DNA of 61,684 bases, filler included, from Chiloscyllium plagiosum (Eukaryota), in NCBI RefSeq assembly GCF_004010195.1. It is 4 parts of one record of this genome, joined end to end, with 100 filler letters (N's around TTAATTAATTAA, not from the genome) between each part and the next. Parts side by side here need not be neighbours in the genome. Positions count along the whole stretch, not along the records: positions 1 to 20,611 come from NC_057717.1; positions 20,712 to 50,597 come from NC_057717.1; 2 more parts are not named here. One strand, 5' to 3'. Made by a program: the position numbers and the translations under genes. This document shows, in pieces, positions 10,817 through 21,966 of this stretch (within the stretch, counting starts at the first letter, position 1; every line of letters begins with the position of its first letter). The notes under the pieces were generated by a model. The model was not told the DNA's origin, ran no database searches, and saw only the letters and a program-made list of their open reading frames with translations.

Positions 10817-12159
10817 AATCGAATATGATTAGATTCTCATTTGTCAGAGTTATCATAGCTGTATTTGATCCTTCTGTGGATCAATCCGATTCCAATCGCT
10901 TTCTGATTTCAAGTTCCAATTCCCATCTGCGCCTGAAATTTCAACCCATTTCATCACCGAAGTTTCTCCACCTGTTTTAATAATATGTAAGAATGCTGCA
11001 GGGGACAGCAGAGATTTACGAGGATGTTGCCAACTCTGTATAAAATGGACCTTCGTGGAATGATGGGTTAGGCTGGGATTATTCTCCTCGAAACAAAGGA
11101 GATGGAGGGGTGCTCTGTAATCATAAAACACCAATTATAAACGTTCACTAATCGTGGAATCTTGACAGGGTAGATACGGGCAGGTGGTTTGCCCCATGCT
11201 GTGAGGAGAGCACCAGAGGAATTAGATATTGCCCATTTAATTCAGAAATGAGGAATCATCTCTTTGCTCAGGGGCCAAACAATCTGTGCCATCAGTGTTG
11301 TTGGGTGTTTTCAAACTGTACCAGATAGTTAATCAGAAAGATGATGAAAATTTGTCGAGGTAAGTGAGCAGAATGGAGTTAAAGATTATCAGATCAACCA
11401 TGAGTTCGTTGAATGGTGGGGCAGACTCCATTGGCTGAATAGCAAACTTCCACTTGTTGAACATTTTGTTTAACGCCTTATTTTATTCATAAGTTCAGAA
11501 TTGTGGGGAATGGGATGAAGTGATAGAAAAGGTTTATTAAACAGATCAGACAGATCAGGAAAACGGTTCATAAACTCAGGAAGACGAAATGTACTGTGAC
11601 CTGGGGATAACAAATGACACTGGGCACAGCACAGGTGGCTGTCTACAGAAGCTGTGAATGCTGAAGAAAGTTGGTAGACCTTATACAATTGGCAAGTCAG
11701 TGATCACGCTGGGTGATGGATCGTTGTATGATTCACACACAGCCGAAATTTGTGAAAGAATGAAAGGTTCGTTTCATTGGAGAAGTTTTCTGCGGTTCCA
11801 ATTCCGAGTCACTGTTTGAATTACTGATCAGATCATTGTGTGAAGTGTTAGGTTAAGATACTCATGAACAACCCAACTGGATAAACTTGTGCTCCCGATC
11901 TCTTGTTATTTGTTTCTCATTCTTTCGATGCAAATTCATGGAAAGACAAGATGGAATGTGGGGCGGAAAGAAAAATGCGTTCTTTCTCATTACACCAATT
12001 GAATAGAATGACTGCTCTTGCTCTTCATTTCGACTTTAATGTGGTGTCGATTATTTGTGAATCTCCCATGCAGTGAAGGGCAAGAACAAGATTCTCTATC
12101 CAGTGCATACCAGACGTGTGAGGAGCCAATAAAAACTGCTGGAGCGGTTTGTGAAGTTA

Positions 12160-12240
12160 GCAAACAGAGTGTGACTCGAACTCGTGAATGTGGAGCACAG
12201 CGGTATAATAACCCAATACTATTATCGTTCAGTCTTCGCA
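12160..12240 (-). pseudogene. Highly degenerate tRNA-Ser(GCT) pseudogene (paralog of 28879-28955)
   Basis: Reverse complement ...GCTGTGCTCCACATTCACGAGTTCGAGTCACACTC vs Ser-GCT ATTGTGCTCTGCACGCGTGGGTTCGAATCCCATCC; syntenic position. Confidence 0.55.
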
Positions 12241-13059
12241 GCACATTTTGTAGAGGTGTGACATGCCACCTCATTAGGTTACATGTGGTGAAAGTAAAGG
12301 ATGAGAAATTTGCAGAGCGGAATCGAAATCACGCCATTGTGTTTCTGCTTGCACTAGAATTATAATAACAGCAAATTCCAATAAATAGCCATGCTCGACA
12401 GAATTAATAGCTGTCATTGATACATTCTGAGTCAGAACTGTGTCAGAAGGAAACAGAGAACAAGAATTTTCCGTCATATTCACACCTACATTTGACTCAT
12501 AATTTCTTCAATCACTTTCTCTCTCACGTGAAGAAACAGCCATGGAGAGGGAAATAAAGGCAATCTTGTGGCTCAATGGCCTTTCTGATATGGCTGAAAC
12601 TGAATTGGATTAAATCGCAAGAAACGCTGTTTTGTTCATTTCATTTTAATTTTGCTGCAACCTCACAATGTTCATTGTAATAATCAGAAGTGAATTAGAT
12701 AAATCTCATTGTAACGATTAATGTTGTTTTCAAATTTGCTCCGACTTTATTTCAGCTTAAGGAAAATATTGCTTAGAAAATCAGAATGTTAAAATGCAAA
12801 AGAAAACCCACCAGTATTGTTGCTCGTTGCTTTGGCAGATTTCACCGAGTATAAAATGGACCAAACATCATGGCGTTTGTCCTCACAGCTTTAACGCATG
12901 TGATGAAAGCAGGAAGTCGATCTCCAAGCAACTGGTCACTTCTTATTCATTATGTAATATCGTCCCTTCACAATGAGAAAAACCCACTCAGTTCCATTTA
13001 CAATAGTTTAGGTGGAATATTATGCCAAATCTTTCAAAATCCAGAATTCTCCGTTCGGT

Positions 13060-13781
13060 GAGAGAAGAAGAAAAGGATAGCCAACTCCCATTCCTAGACG
13101 TGATGGTACAGAGAACACCGAACGGAGAATTCACTACAAGGGTATACAGGAAAGCCACACACACAGACCAAGTCCTAAACTATGAAAGTAACCACCCCAA
13201 CACACACAAACGAAGCTGCATCAGGACACTATTCAAAAGGGCCACAACACACTACAGTACACCAGTTTATTGGGTCCAGGTCGATGTGTTTGTTGATGGA
13301 GTTTGTGGATGAATGCCATGCCTCTAGGAATTCCCTGGCTGTTCTCTGTCTGGCTTGCCCTATGATAGTAGTGTTGTCCCAGTCGAATTCATGTTGCTTG
13401 TCTGCATCAACTAGCCACGAAACGACACGACCAGCTATCCTTAGTAGCCACACACGCAGACAACAAGCAACATGAATTCGACTGGGACAACACTACTATT
13501 ATAGGGCAAGCCAGACAGAGAACAGCCAGGGAATTCCTAGAGGCATGGCATTCATCCACAAACTCCATCAACAAACACATCGACCTGGACCCAATACACC
13601 AACCACTACAGCGGACAGCTGAAACTGACAACCGGAAGCGGCAGGGACAGACCACTATAAACACCGGAGGAAACATCAAAGAAGCGCTTCGCAGGAGGCT
13701 CCCAAGCACTGATGATGTCGCCTAGCCAGGGGACGAAACGTTTGCAACAAAAACTTCCAGCTCGGCGAACAGAACCACAAC
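13060..13781 (+). mobile_element. Rearranged PLE (family 2): RT thumb, inverted segment, GIY-YIG end, pseudo-LTR
   Basis: LPFLDV...VYRKATHTDQVLNYESNHP..HKRSCIRTLFKRA and HEFDWDNTTII...REFLEAWH are typical PLE motifs. Confidence 0.93.
13706..13745 (+). ncRNA. Minimal type I hammerhead ribozyme motif (PLE family 2)
   Basis: GCA-CTGATGA-T-GTCgCCT(AGCC)AGGgGAC-GAAAC-GTT-TGC: intact core, stem II, 3-bp stem I, GUU triplet. Confidence 0.8.
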
Positions 13782-14470
13782 ACCTATCTCTCCTCCCAAT
13801 CTCTTATATTTCACCAGAAGAAGGGGCAACCCTCCCCATTATGATGCCAAATAAAGCTGTTGGGCTATAACCTGGCGTCCTGTGACTTCTGACATTGTCC
13901 CAGCGTTACCCGTGGCTAATTCACTTAATTTACTTAATTCAATCCCTGGACACGAGAGGGCAATTTAACTTGGCCAATCAACATAACCCTCAGACCGAAC
14001 AGCAATGCGAATTACTGAGCCAATGTTCCATCATAGTGAGCAAAACCTGAATCATTTTTAATTGCTTTATACCCTGGTAACTCAGCTTCATCAAAGCAAA
14101 TCAACCCAAATTCAATGTATCGAAACGCTACTCTGTGCTTTGCAATCTGATTCGTGCTGCGGGAAATGTTTCTGCACTCATATTTGAATGCGTTTACGCT
14201 GTTTCTTCCTCACTTTCCTGCTTCCAATAAACTCTTCAATTCGGAACAAGTCTGCCGAATGTTTTTCATTCCAACACAGTAACAAGATACAGTTTGCAGA
14301 GGTCACGTGTTTGCGCTTTCACTGACACTCTGCCTCCCTGAGAGCTGCTGTTATTCACCACTTGATTCAGGCAGCGCTGTCCTTCCTGTGACATGCCCCA
14401 CCGAGAATGGAAGGACAAATATCAATACCCGCACTTGGGAATGGAGCGACAGTTTTAAAATATTTACACT

Positions 14471-14532
14471 GTCCCCAGTGGAGAATTGAGCCTTGTGACA
14501 GGCGGGGACACTAACCACTATACTACCGAGAA
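14471..14532 (-). pseudogene. tRNA-Asp(GTC) pseudogene, internally deleted
   Basis: Reverse complement TTCTCGGTAGTATAGTGGTTAGTGTCCCCGCCTGTCAC|AAGGCTCAATTCTCCACTGGGGAC. Confidence 0.85.
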
Positions 14533-15084
14533 CAAGAATGTCAAAGGAGGCCCTTCAACCAATTTTGGCGACACATGTCAAAAACAACTGCCTAATGAAC
14601 TGAATCCCATTTCACAATGTTTATCCCACAGCCTTATGTGTCTTGGCATCACAAGTTCAAATCTGAATATTTGTTCAGGTTCTAAGGGGTCCTCCGGCTC
14701 TGAAAAATGCAGACAGTGTATTCCAAATTCCAACCACCTACTAGCTTATAAAGCACTTTCGCACATCTTCTCAAACCATTCTGCCTTTCTCCTTAAATTT
14801 CTGGCCCCTGCTAATCGATCCCTCCATCAACGGTAAACTCGTTCAGTCAACCCTGTCCATACCCTAACTCAATCATGTCTCCTCTACATCTCCTTTGCAC
14901 TGCGACAAACACTCCACTCTGTCCTGTCTTTCTTCACAACTGAAACTCTTCATCCCAAACAATATCCCGGTAAATATCTCCTGCAATTTTCTCAGTGTGA
15001 TGACATCCATGCGATAATGTGACTTGCAAAACTGCACACAACACACTTGCTTGAGCCTAACGAACATTTGTTTTAAAATTTCTA

Positions 15085-15400
15085 CATTAGTATGAGGGCG
15101 ATTCTGGCTAAGCAGAATTTATTACCCATTCTGAATTGCCCAGAGGGCAATTGAGACTCAACCATATTGTTATGAGTCTGAAGTCACATACAGGCCAGGC
15201 CAAGTAAGGACAGCAGATTCCTTCCTGAAATGACATCAGTGAACCAGATGGTTTTTTTCAACAATTGTCAATGGATATATAGTAATCATTAGATTCTTCA
15301 TTGCAGATATTTGCTGAATCCAAATTTTACAATATGGTATGGTGGGGCTCAAGCCCGAGTACTCAGACTATGATTATGAGTCCTATGAAACTACCACAAG
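15085..15400 (-). mobile_element. tRNA-derived SINE (SacSINE1/Deu-SINE-like); related copies ~4300-4496, 8560-8845, 17717-17830, 20393-20611, 22616-22935, 35105-35420
   Basis: Shared body ...CCATCTGGTTCACTGATGTC...GGAAGGAA(T)CTGC..TCCTTAC(C/T)TGG...ATGTGACT.CAGAC. The family name is from memory. Confidence 0.7.
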
Positions 15401-15851
15401 AGCAACACAGAAAGCCACAAAAGCTGATCATTTCCAGTAAAATATCTTTTCCCCAAAACTGGCCTGGGTCTTTTCCATGAGCCTGACGCTCCAATTGTCT
15501 CTGTCCTAAGTCAGTAAAAGCTGCTACATGGGGATTGATTTCACAACCGCGGTATTTATATGGATCGACTTGTTTGGAGGTCCCGATGGAGGTCACCCAG
15601 CAAAAGTGACCGCAGCACAGACAGAACAGTATGAATGTGAAAGAGAGTGTTAGATTGTGCATTGCCTCAGAGAAATGGGAGGCTGGACGGAAAGGAGGTT
15701 TAATGATCGTAGGAAGGAGAGGAATCTCCGACAACGACTGTGTTTGAATCCTGATATATGAAACGCAGAGATGTGAGAGCGCGGAATTTGAAGGTAAAAT
15801 AATTAATTTCTTACCAAGTGTCACAAAAAGGACAACGGAGAGAACACTTAG

Positions 15852-15920
15852 TGCCGTGTATGGTTTCGAATCGAGGTTGCTGTGGTCACAATGCAAAATA
15901 CCGACAACCACGATCACAGT
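15852..15920 (-). pseudogene. tRNA-His(GTG) pseudogene
   Basis: Reverse complement ACTGTGATCGT...GCATTGTGACCACAGCAACCTCGATTCGAAACCATACACGGCA. Confidence 0.8.
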
Positions 15921-16914
15921 AACCAGGATGCTTGCAACAGCAATAAGTATACTAGCAGAGGAAATGTTCGGAAGAACAGCAAATGTACAATATCAGTACT
16001 CAGCGAACAGTGACAGACATGTGGGTACTGAGCATGAGTTGAATCTTTAAATTCGATGTCTTCAGAGGCTGTGGAGATCCTTGAATGAGAATGTTGAAAA
16101 CTGAGATTGAAAGATTTCGCCAAAATATCAAACACTCGGGGGACAGTACAGAATATTGTTGAAATGTATGCTTCAGTAGCATTTTAGCTTAACATCGGCG
16201 ACTTCACCAGCTTCCTCAAGGCAATAACCAGTGTTGCAGATAATCACACAAAATCTCAGTTCACAGCCTCGGAAACAGAGAAACTGCGGCACAGCCTCCC
16301 AGATCCAACCGGAAATGGGGATGGGAAAGAGTGCGCAGTGTTACTCTCTGGTTCTAGTGATGCAATAGGTGACAGTGCGGTCCTTCTATGATGGTATAGA
16401 GGCGCAAAACATTCCTAGGTTGAGTATGCTCCTGATCAAGGGAATAGCTGTCCCCGTTTATACTATCATAGCGATTTACAGTGCATCTTGCTAAGACAGC
16501 TGAGTGGCAAAATTGGAGCGTGTTGAGCCGTTAACTTTGCAGTGGTGGGTTTAACAGATGATGTTGCTGTTTTGATTTGTGTTCCCGACTCTGGCGATGG
16601 AAGCTGCTTTTGCTTGCATCAGCACAGAATCAGTTTCTTCCACACAGTAAAGACTTCAACCTGGAGAAGGTGGTGTTGCGGTGATATTTTGAACTGGTTG
16701 TCCTTGGGGGCTAGGACACTGAAACCGTGATGTTTAAGTTCGACGAATAAAACCTGGAATGCTAGCCTGACCTCAGGAACAGAGGTAATAATTTTAATTT
16801 CTTGCAATCCCATTCATTCATGTCCCTTATGCAGAATCTTCACCCAGTAATGCCTACGAGAGACTCCAGGGCCAGAAAAACATGAGCTGACCCTTATTTC
16901 AAGAATCCCCATCG

Positions 16915-17157
16915 TGTGGGGAAACAGGGTAGTCGACCCTTCCAGTCCAGACGGTCCATCCGAAGCGCATCCCACCAGACCCCACGGTATTCCCTGACCC
17001 ATAAGCCTGCATTTCCCTTTATTGATCCCTGTAACTGGCACATCTTTGGTCAGAGGGAGAAATAAAAACGCAAACACACAGAGAATGTGCAGACTGCCCA
17101 CAGACAGACACCCGAGGCTGGGATCGCACCCGGGTTTCTGGTGTAGCCAGACAGCAA
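16915..17157 (-). mobile_element. Degenerate HE1/V-SINE
   Basis: Reverse complement has ACCCGGGTGCGATCCCAGCCTCGGGTG, TGCACATTCTC, CCAAAGATGTGC and GCGCTTCGG blocks as in 34125-34408. Confidence 0.8.
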
Positions 17158-17227
17158 CGAACGAGGGGCGAAGAATAAATGTTGTCCTGACCAGTGATAC
17201 TCACACCCTGTGGGTGAATGAGAAAGA

Positions 17228-17492
17228 ATGAAAGCACATTAACAACATGGAAAACAGGATTTGTATCTGTGTGGATACAATTTGAAAGGATCGTTCACCC
17301 TGGGTTGAAAAAAGGACGCCGATACCACAGAGAAAGCAGGGCAATGTGGGAACCACTGGAAGGGATTCAATTAACCACAGAAATGGAAACTCATTTAATC
17401 AGTAACACTGGGGAGAGATCGTTCACCAGTCGCGTGCGTGGGAAGGGGTCACTGAGCAAAACAACCTCCGGAGCCTCCAGCAGGATTACACA
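17228..17492 (+). pseudogene. C2H2 (Kruppel-type) zinc-finger pseudogene fragment, ~3 decayed fingers
   Basis: With frameshifts reads TEKAGQCGNHWKGFN*P.EMETHLISNTGERSFTSRVRGKG.TEQNNLRSLQQDYT, matching the EKPxxCxxCGKGF...HxxxHTGERPFTCxVCGKGF pattern. Confidence 0.8.
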
Positions 17493-17849
17493 TCCCATCA
17501 GGTGTCCGATTATGCTGTCAATGCTGCTGTTAATCCCAACCAGCTATTTGTTCCATAGCGTCAATCATAGAGTCATACAGCATGAAGGCATACNNNNNNN
17601 NNNNNNNNNNNNNNNNNNNNNNNNNNNNNNNNNNNNNNNNNNNNNNNNNNNNNNNNNNNNNNNNNNNNNNNNNNNNNNNNNNNNNNNNNNNNNNNNNNNN
17701 NNNNNNNNNNNNNNNNGAAGCAAACTGTCATATTCATCTGCTCTGTCCCACAGGAGACTCCAGATGGATAATATTGTGGTTGACTCTTAACTGTCCTCTG
17801 GGAAATAACTGATGTACTAGGCATGAATAAATTTATTTTAAAAATCCCA

Positions 17850-18845
17850 CTTTCCCATTCATGTTTGGATCGAATTGTTCTTTAAATGTTGCAAATGTAC
17901 CCTCATCCATCATTTCCTTAGCAAGTTAATTGCACACGTAAAACACCTTCTCTTAAAAGAAGCCTCACATGTCTTTTTTTTTAACTCTCTCTCTTTTGAT
18001 CTTAAACATATGCCCTCTTGTCTTGAAATCCCCATCCTGGGAAAAGCCAGCTATCATTAACTCTAACTTGCCTCTCAAGAATTCATAAATTTCTGTCAGG
18101 TTGCCGCTCAAACCCCTAACCTCGAGTGAAACCAGTCTCAACTAGGAGAAAGTGAGAACTGTAGATGAGAGATCAGAGTCGATAGTGTTGTGCTGGGAAA
18201 GCACAGCAGGTCAGGCAGCATTTGAAGAGCAGGAGAATCGACGTTTCAGGGAAGAGCCTGATGAACGACACGCGCGAAAAAAATGATTCCCCTGTTCCTC
18301 GCATGCTGCCTTACCTGTTGTGGTTTTCCAGCACCCCAATCTCAAATCTGAAAATAGTCTCAGCCTATCCAGCCTTTCATTATAACTCAAACATTCCACA
18401 CACGGCAACATGCGTGTTTCCCTTTTCTGAACCTGCTCCAGCTTAATAACATCATTCCTACAACTGGGCGATCAGAACTGGACATAATATTCCAGAAGAG
18501 GCCTCATCAATGTCCTGCAAACCTTCAACATAACGTCCCGACTACTATACACAAAGGACGGAACAATGAAGGGGTATGTCAAATACCTTTGAACACCTTG
18601 CCTGTAGGTGATGCAAACTACAAGGAATTATGCACCTGCACCCCTAGCTTCCGTGTTCTCCAACATACGCAAAGCCCTACTCTTTCTGTTGTACCAAAAT
18701 GCAATACCTTCCATTTATCCAGATTGAACTCCATGTTACATTTTTCAGTCCAACGACTCATTGGATTAATATCCTTTTGAATCTTATATAATCTTCGTCA
18801 CTGTCTACAATTCTGATGTCGCCTGCAAACCTACGCAGCATGCCT
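17850..18845 (-). mobile_element. CR1 fragment interrupted by a head-to-head PLE pLTR pair at ~18143-18340
   Basis: LSYNERLDRLRLF motif; the minus-strand pLTR tail 18143-18258 is fused to a plus-strand CTGATGA...ATGCTGCC tail. Confidence 0.8.
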
Positions 18846-19694
18846 GCTGTGTGTTCCACTGTTTTCTCATATAGATAAATGATTCATATTTACTTGTAGT
18901 GGCCGTGATTCAGCAGTGTGCAGATCATACAACAGTTAGTCATGCAATTAACCATGAGGAAGAAAGCCGCAGACTACAGGGAGATATTAAACAATTGGAA
19001 ATAAAAATGGTGAAAACAATTCATTCCAGGGAAGTGGGTGATAGTGAAGCAAAATCAAACTTCAAACCAGCCGCCCTCGCTCCAGTTGTGGCACTCAGTT
19101 GTCTCAGCAAGATGCACTGTAGATCGCTATGTCATTATAAACGGGAACAAATTACCCTTCTGCCCCGCCTTTGACCAGGAGCACTCGCAACCACGGAACT
19201 GTTTACGCCTCTAAACCGTCATAGAAGTACCGTGCATTCTCCGGTTGTGTCACTGGAGCCATCGAGTATCTCTGCGACCTCATTCCCATGCCGATTTCCA
19301 GTTGGATCTTTGTGACTGCGCCACTCAGTTCCTCTGATTCTGGGACTGGGAACTGGAACTCTGTAGCAGCAAGGGTTACTGCCTTGTGTGGGGAAACTGG
19401 TGAATTATCCGATGTTAAACTGCATTGCTATTGGAGCATATATTTCAACAAAACCTGCGCTGTCCCCGAAGTCTTTGATGTTTTGGAGAAATCTATTTAT
19501 CTCAGCCTTCAGCATATTAATGATGGAATCACCACAGCCTCCGGGGGCATCAATGTTAAACGGTCAGCCCATTCTGAGTTCCCACATATCTGCCACTGTT
19601 CGCTAAGCACTGATATTGTGTGTTACATACTCTGCCTAACATTGTCTATGCTACTGTACTTATAGCGCCCTGGTTGTGTGCTGATATATGGGAT

Positions 19695-19766
19695 GCCGCG
19701 ACCGTATAGTGGTTGGTACTCTGCGTTGTGACCGCAGAAACCTCGGCTCGAATACGAGTCACGGCA
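19695..19766 (+). pseudogene. tRNA-His(GTG) pseudogene, full length (72 nt), best-preserved copy
   Basis: About 7 differences from vertebrate tRNA-His, including U8, the T-loop (GCTCGAA) and the T stem; anticodon GTG retained. Confidence 0.9.
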
Positions 19767-19979
19767 GTAGTTTCTCTATTCGCCCCAGTTTTTGTGAAGC
19801 ACACAAAGGTATAAGTTGTTTTAACATGGTAATTTTGTCCAAGGCAATGATCTTTTTCCTTCAAATTCTGCTCGCTCATAACTCGGTGTTTCATGTGTCA
19901 GCATTCAAATCCACCCGTTCTCAGAGGTTTCTTCCCTCCTACGATCATTAACCCGACTTTCCGTCCAACACCCCCATGT

Positions 19980-20115
19980 CATTAATTTGGGGATGCCGGT
20001 ATTGGACTATGGTGTACAAAGTTAATAATCACACAACACCAGGTTATAGTCTTACATGTTTAATTGAAGCACTAGCTTTCGGAGCGCTGCTCTTTCATCA
20101 TGTGGCTGTGGAGTC
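19980..20115 (-). mobile_element. PLE-type pseudo-LTR tail (family 3) with hammerhead motif at 20070-20104; paralog ~22195-22325
   Basis: Reverse complement CAC-aTGATGA-A-aGAGC AGC GCTCC-GAAAG-CTA-GTG. Confidence 0.75.
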
Positions 20116-20655
20116 ATATCCTATTTCATATCAAACACTGACTCTCACATTGATACCGTTCAGTCTGTGCTGCTGTGGTCACTTTTGCTGGGTGAACGTG
20201 CCCCAACCCCACGATCTGGACCTGCAGAGCAGTTGATCCATTTGGTACCACTGTTGTGAGATCAATACTCATGTAGCAACTTTTACTGAGACGGACAAGA
20301 GATTATTGGAGGGTCAAGCTCAGGAAAATGACACAGGAAAGTATCGGGGAAAAGCAACTCCATTGGAAAAGATCAGTTTGACCGGTTTTCTGCAATGGCC
20401 GAGCACTCTTACCACTGGACTGTTAATTCAGTCACCAGGGACTCGGGTTTGACTACGACCATGCTAGGTAGTAGAATTGGGATTCAGTAAATATCTGGAA
20501 GTACGAAACTAATAACTCCCATAAATCCATGGTCAATTGTTGGAAAAAAAAAACAAAACCATCAGTTTCACTGACGTCCTTTAAAGAAGGAAACTGCCAT
20601 TCTTATCTGGTNNNNNNNNNNNNNNNNNNNNNNNNNNNNNNNNNNNNNNNNNNNN

Positions 20656-20667
20656 TTAATTAATTAA
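20656..20667. other. Artificial scaffolding linker TTAATTAATTAA within a 100-nt gap (also 50642-50653 and 57906-57917)
   Basis: The identical 12-mer is centred in three 100-nt N gaps and gives stop codons in all six frames. Confidence 0.95.
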
Positions 20668-21894
20668 NNNNNNNNNNNNNNNNNNNNNNNNNNNNNNNNN
20701 NNNNNNNNNNNCTCCTATACACAAAGGACTAAGCAATGAAGGGAAGTGTGCCAAATGAGTTTTTAACTATTCTGTCTGTATGTGATGCAAACTAAGAAGA
20801 GTTACGTACCTGCATCTCGAGCTTCCGTGATCTACAACACCACACAAAGCCTTATCCTTATCTATATAAGCAATACTCATTTTGTTGTACCAAAATGCAA
20901 ACCCATTTATCAAGATTGAATTCCATGTGAGATTTTTCATTCCAATGGCGCATTGGACTAAGATCCTTTTTAATCTCAGCTGGTCTTCTTCAATGTCTCC
21001 AATTCTTGTGTCGTCTGCAAACCTACGAAGCAAGCGTGCCATGTGTTCCATTGTTTTCTCATATAGAGCATTGATTCACATTTATTTGTAGTGGCCGTGA
21101 TTTAGCAGTTTGCCGACCATACAACAATTAGTCATGTAATTAACCATGAGGAAGAAAGCCGCAGACTGTAGGGAGATATCAAACAATTGGAAAGAAAAAT
21201 GGTGAAAGCAATTCAATCCAGGGAACTGTGATAGTGAAGCAAGCTCAAATTTCATACCAGCCGCCGAATGTTAAGCACTCAATATGCTCCACTTGTGGCA
21301 CTCAGCTCTTTTAGCAAGATGCACTGTAGATTGCACTGTAGACTGTATAAACAGGAGCAAATTGTCCCTTCTACCCCGCCTTTGAGCAGGAGCACTCCCA
21401 ACCTCGGAATTGCTTGCGCTTCTACTACCGTTACAGAAGGACCGTCCATTCACCGATTGCATCACTGGATTCATCGAATAGCTCTGCGATCTCGTTCCCG
21501 TCCCGATTTCCAGTTGGATCTTCGCAACTGCTACCTCAGTTCTCTGATTCTGGGCTGGGAATTGGGACTATGTGGCAGCAGTGGTTACTGCCTTGTGTTT
21601 GGGAAACTGATGAAGTAGCCGAAGTTAAATGCATTGCTATTGAAGCGTACAAAACCTGCACTGTCCCCGAGTCTTTGATGTTTTGTAGAAATCTATCGAG
21701 CTCACCCTTCTGCATATTAATGATTGAATCACCAGAGCCTCTGGGGACACCGATGTTAAACGTTCAGCCCATTCTAAGTTCCACATGTCTGTCACTGTTC
21801 TGAGAATTACTGATGTTGTGCATTTGGAGCTCTGCTTAACATTTCCTCTGCTACTATATCTATGGCCCTCTGTCATTGTCATTTTCTATGGCAT

Positions 21895-21966
21895 GCCGTG
21901 ATCGTGTAGTGGTTAGTACTCTGCATTATAACTGTTGCAACTTCAGCTCAAGTCCGAGTCTCGGCG
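21895..21966 (+). pseudogene. tRNA-His pseudogene (anticodon decayed to ATA)
   Basis: GCCGTGATCGTGTAGTGGTTAGTACTCTGCATTATAACTG...TCCGAGTCTCGGCG. Confidence 0.85.

Larger units (their letters stand above)
5840..16537. repeat. Left arm (A3) of an old large inverted duplication; partner ~21265-40130
   Basis: Colinear reverse-complement blocks: 5990-6717/39485-40030, 6718-7130/36760-37150, 7410-7620/35570-35780, 8560-9500/34450-35420, 9600-11590/30480-31920, 12330-13040/28090-28800, 13790-14600/24430-25250, 15100-16537/21265-22900. Confidence 0.9.

Noticed and set aside
9999..10980. Two similar 168/174-aa ORFs resembling a gene pair
   Set aside because: They are products of the 457-bp duplication over antisense LINE and PLE remnants, use GTG starts and show no protein motif.
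19695..19766. Functional tRNA-His
   Set aside because: U8, T54 and T-stem changes plus an acceptor-stem mismatch; called a pseudogene.
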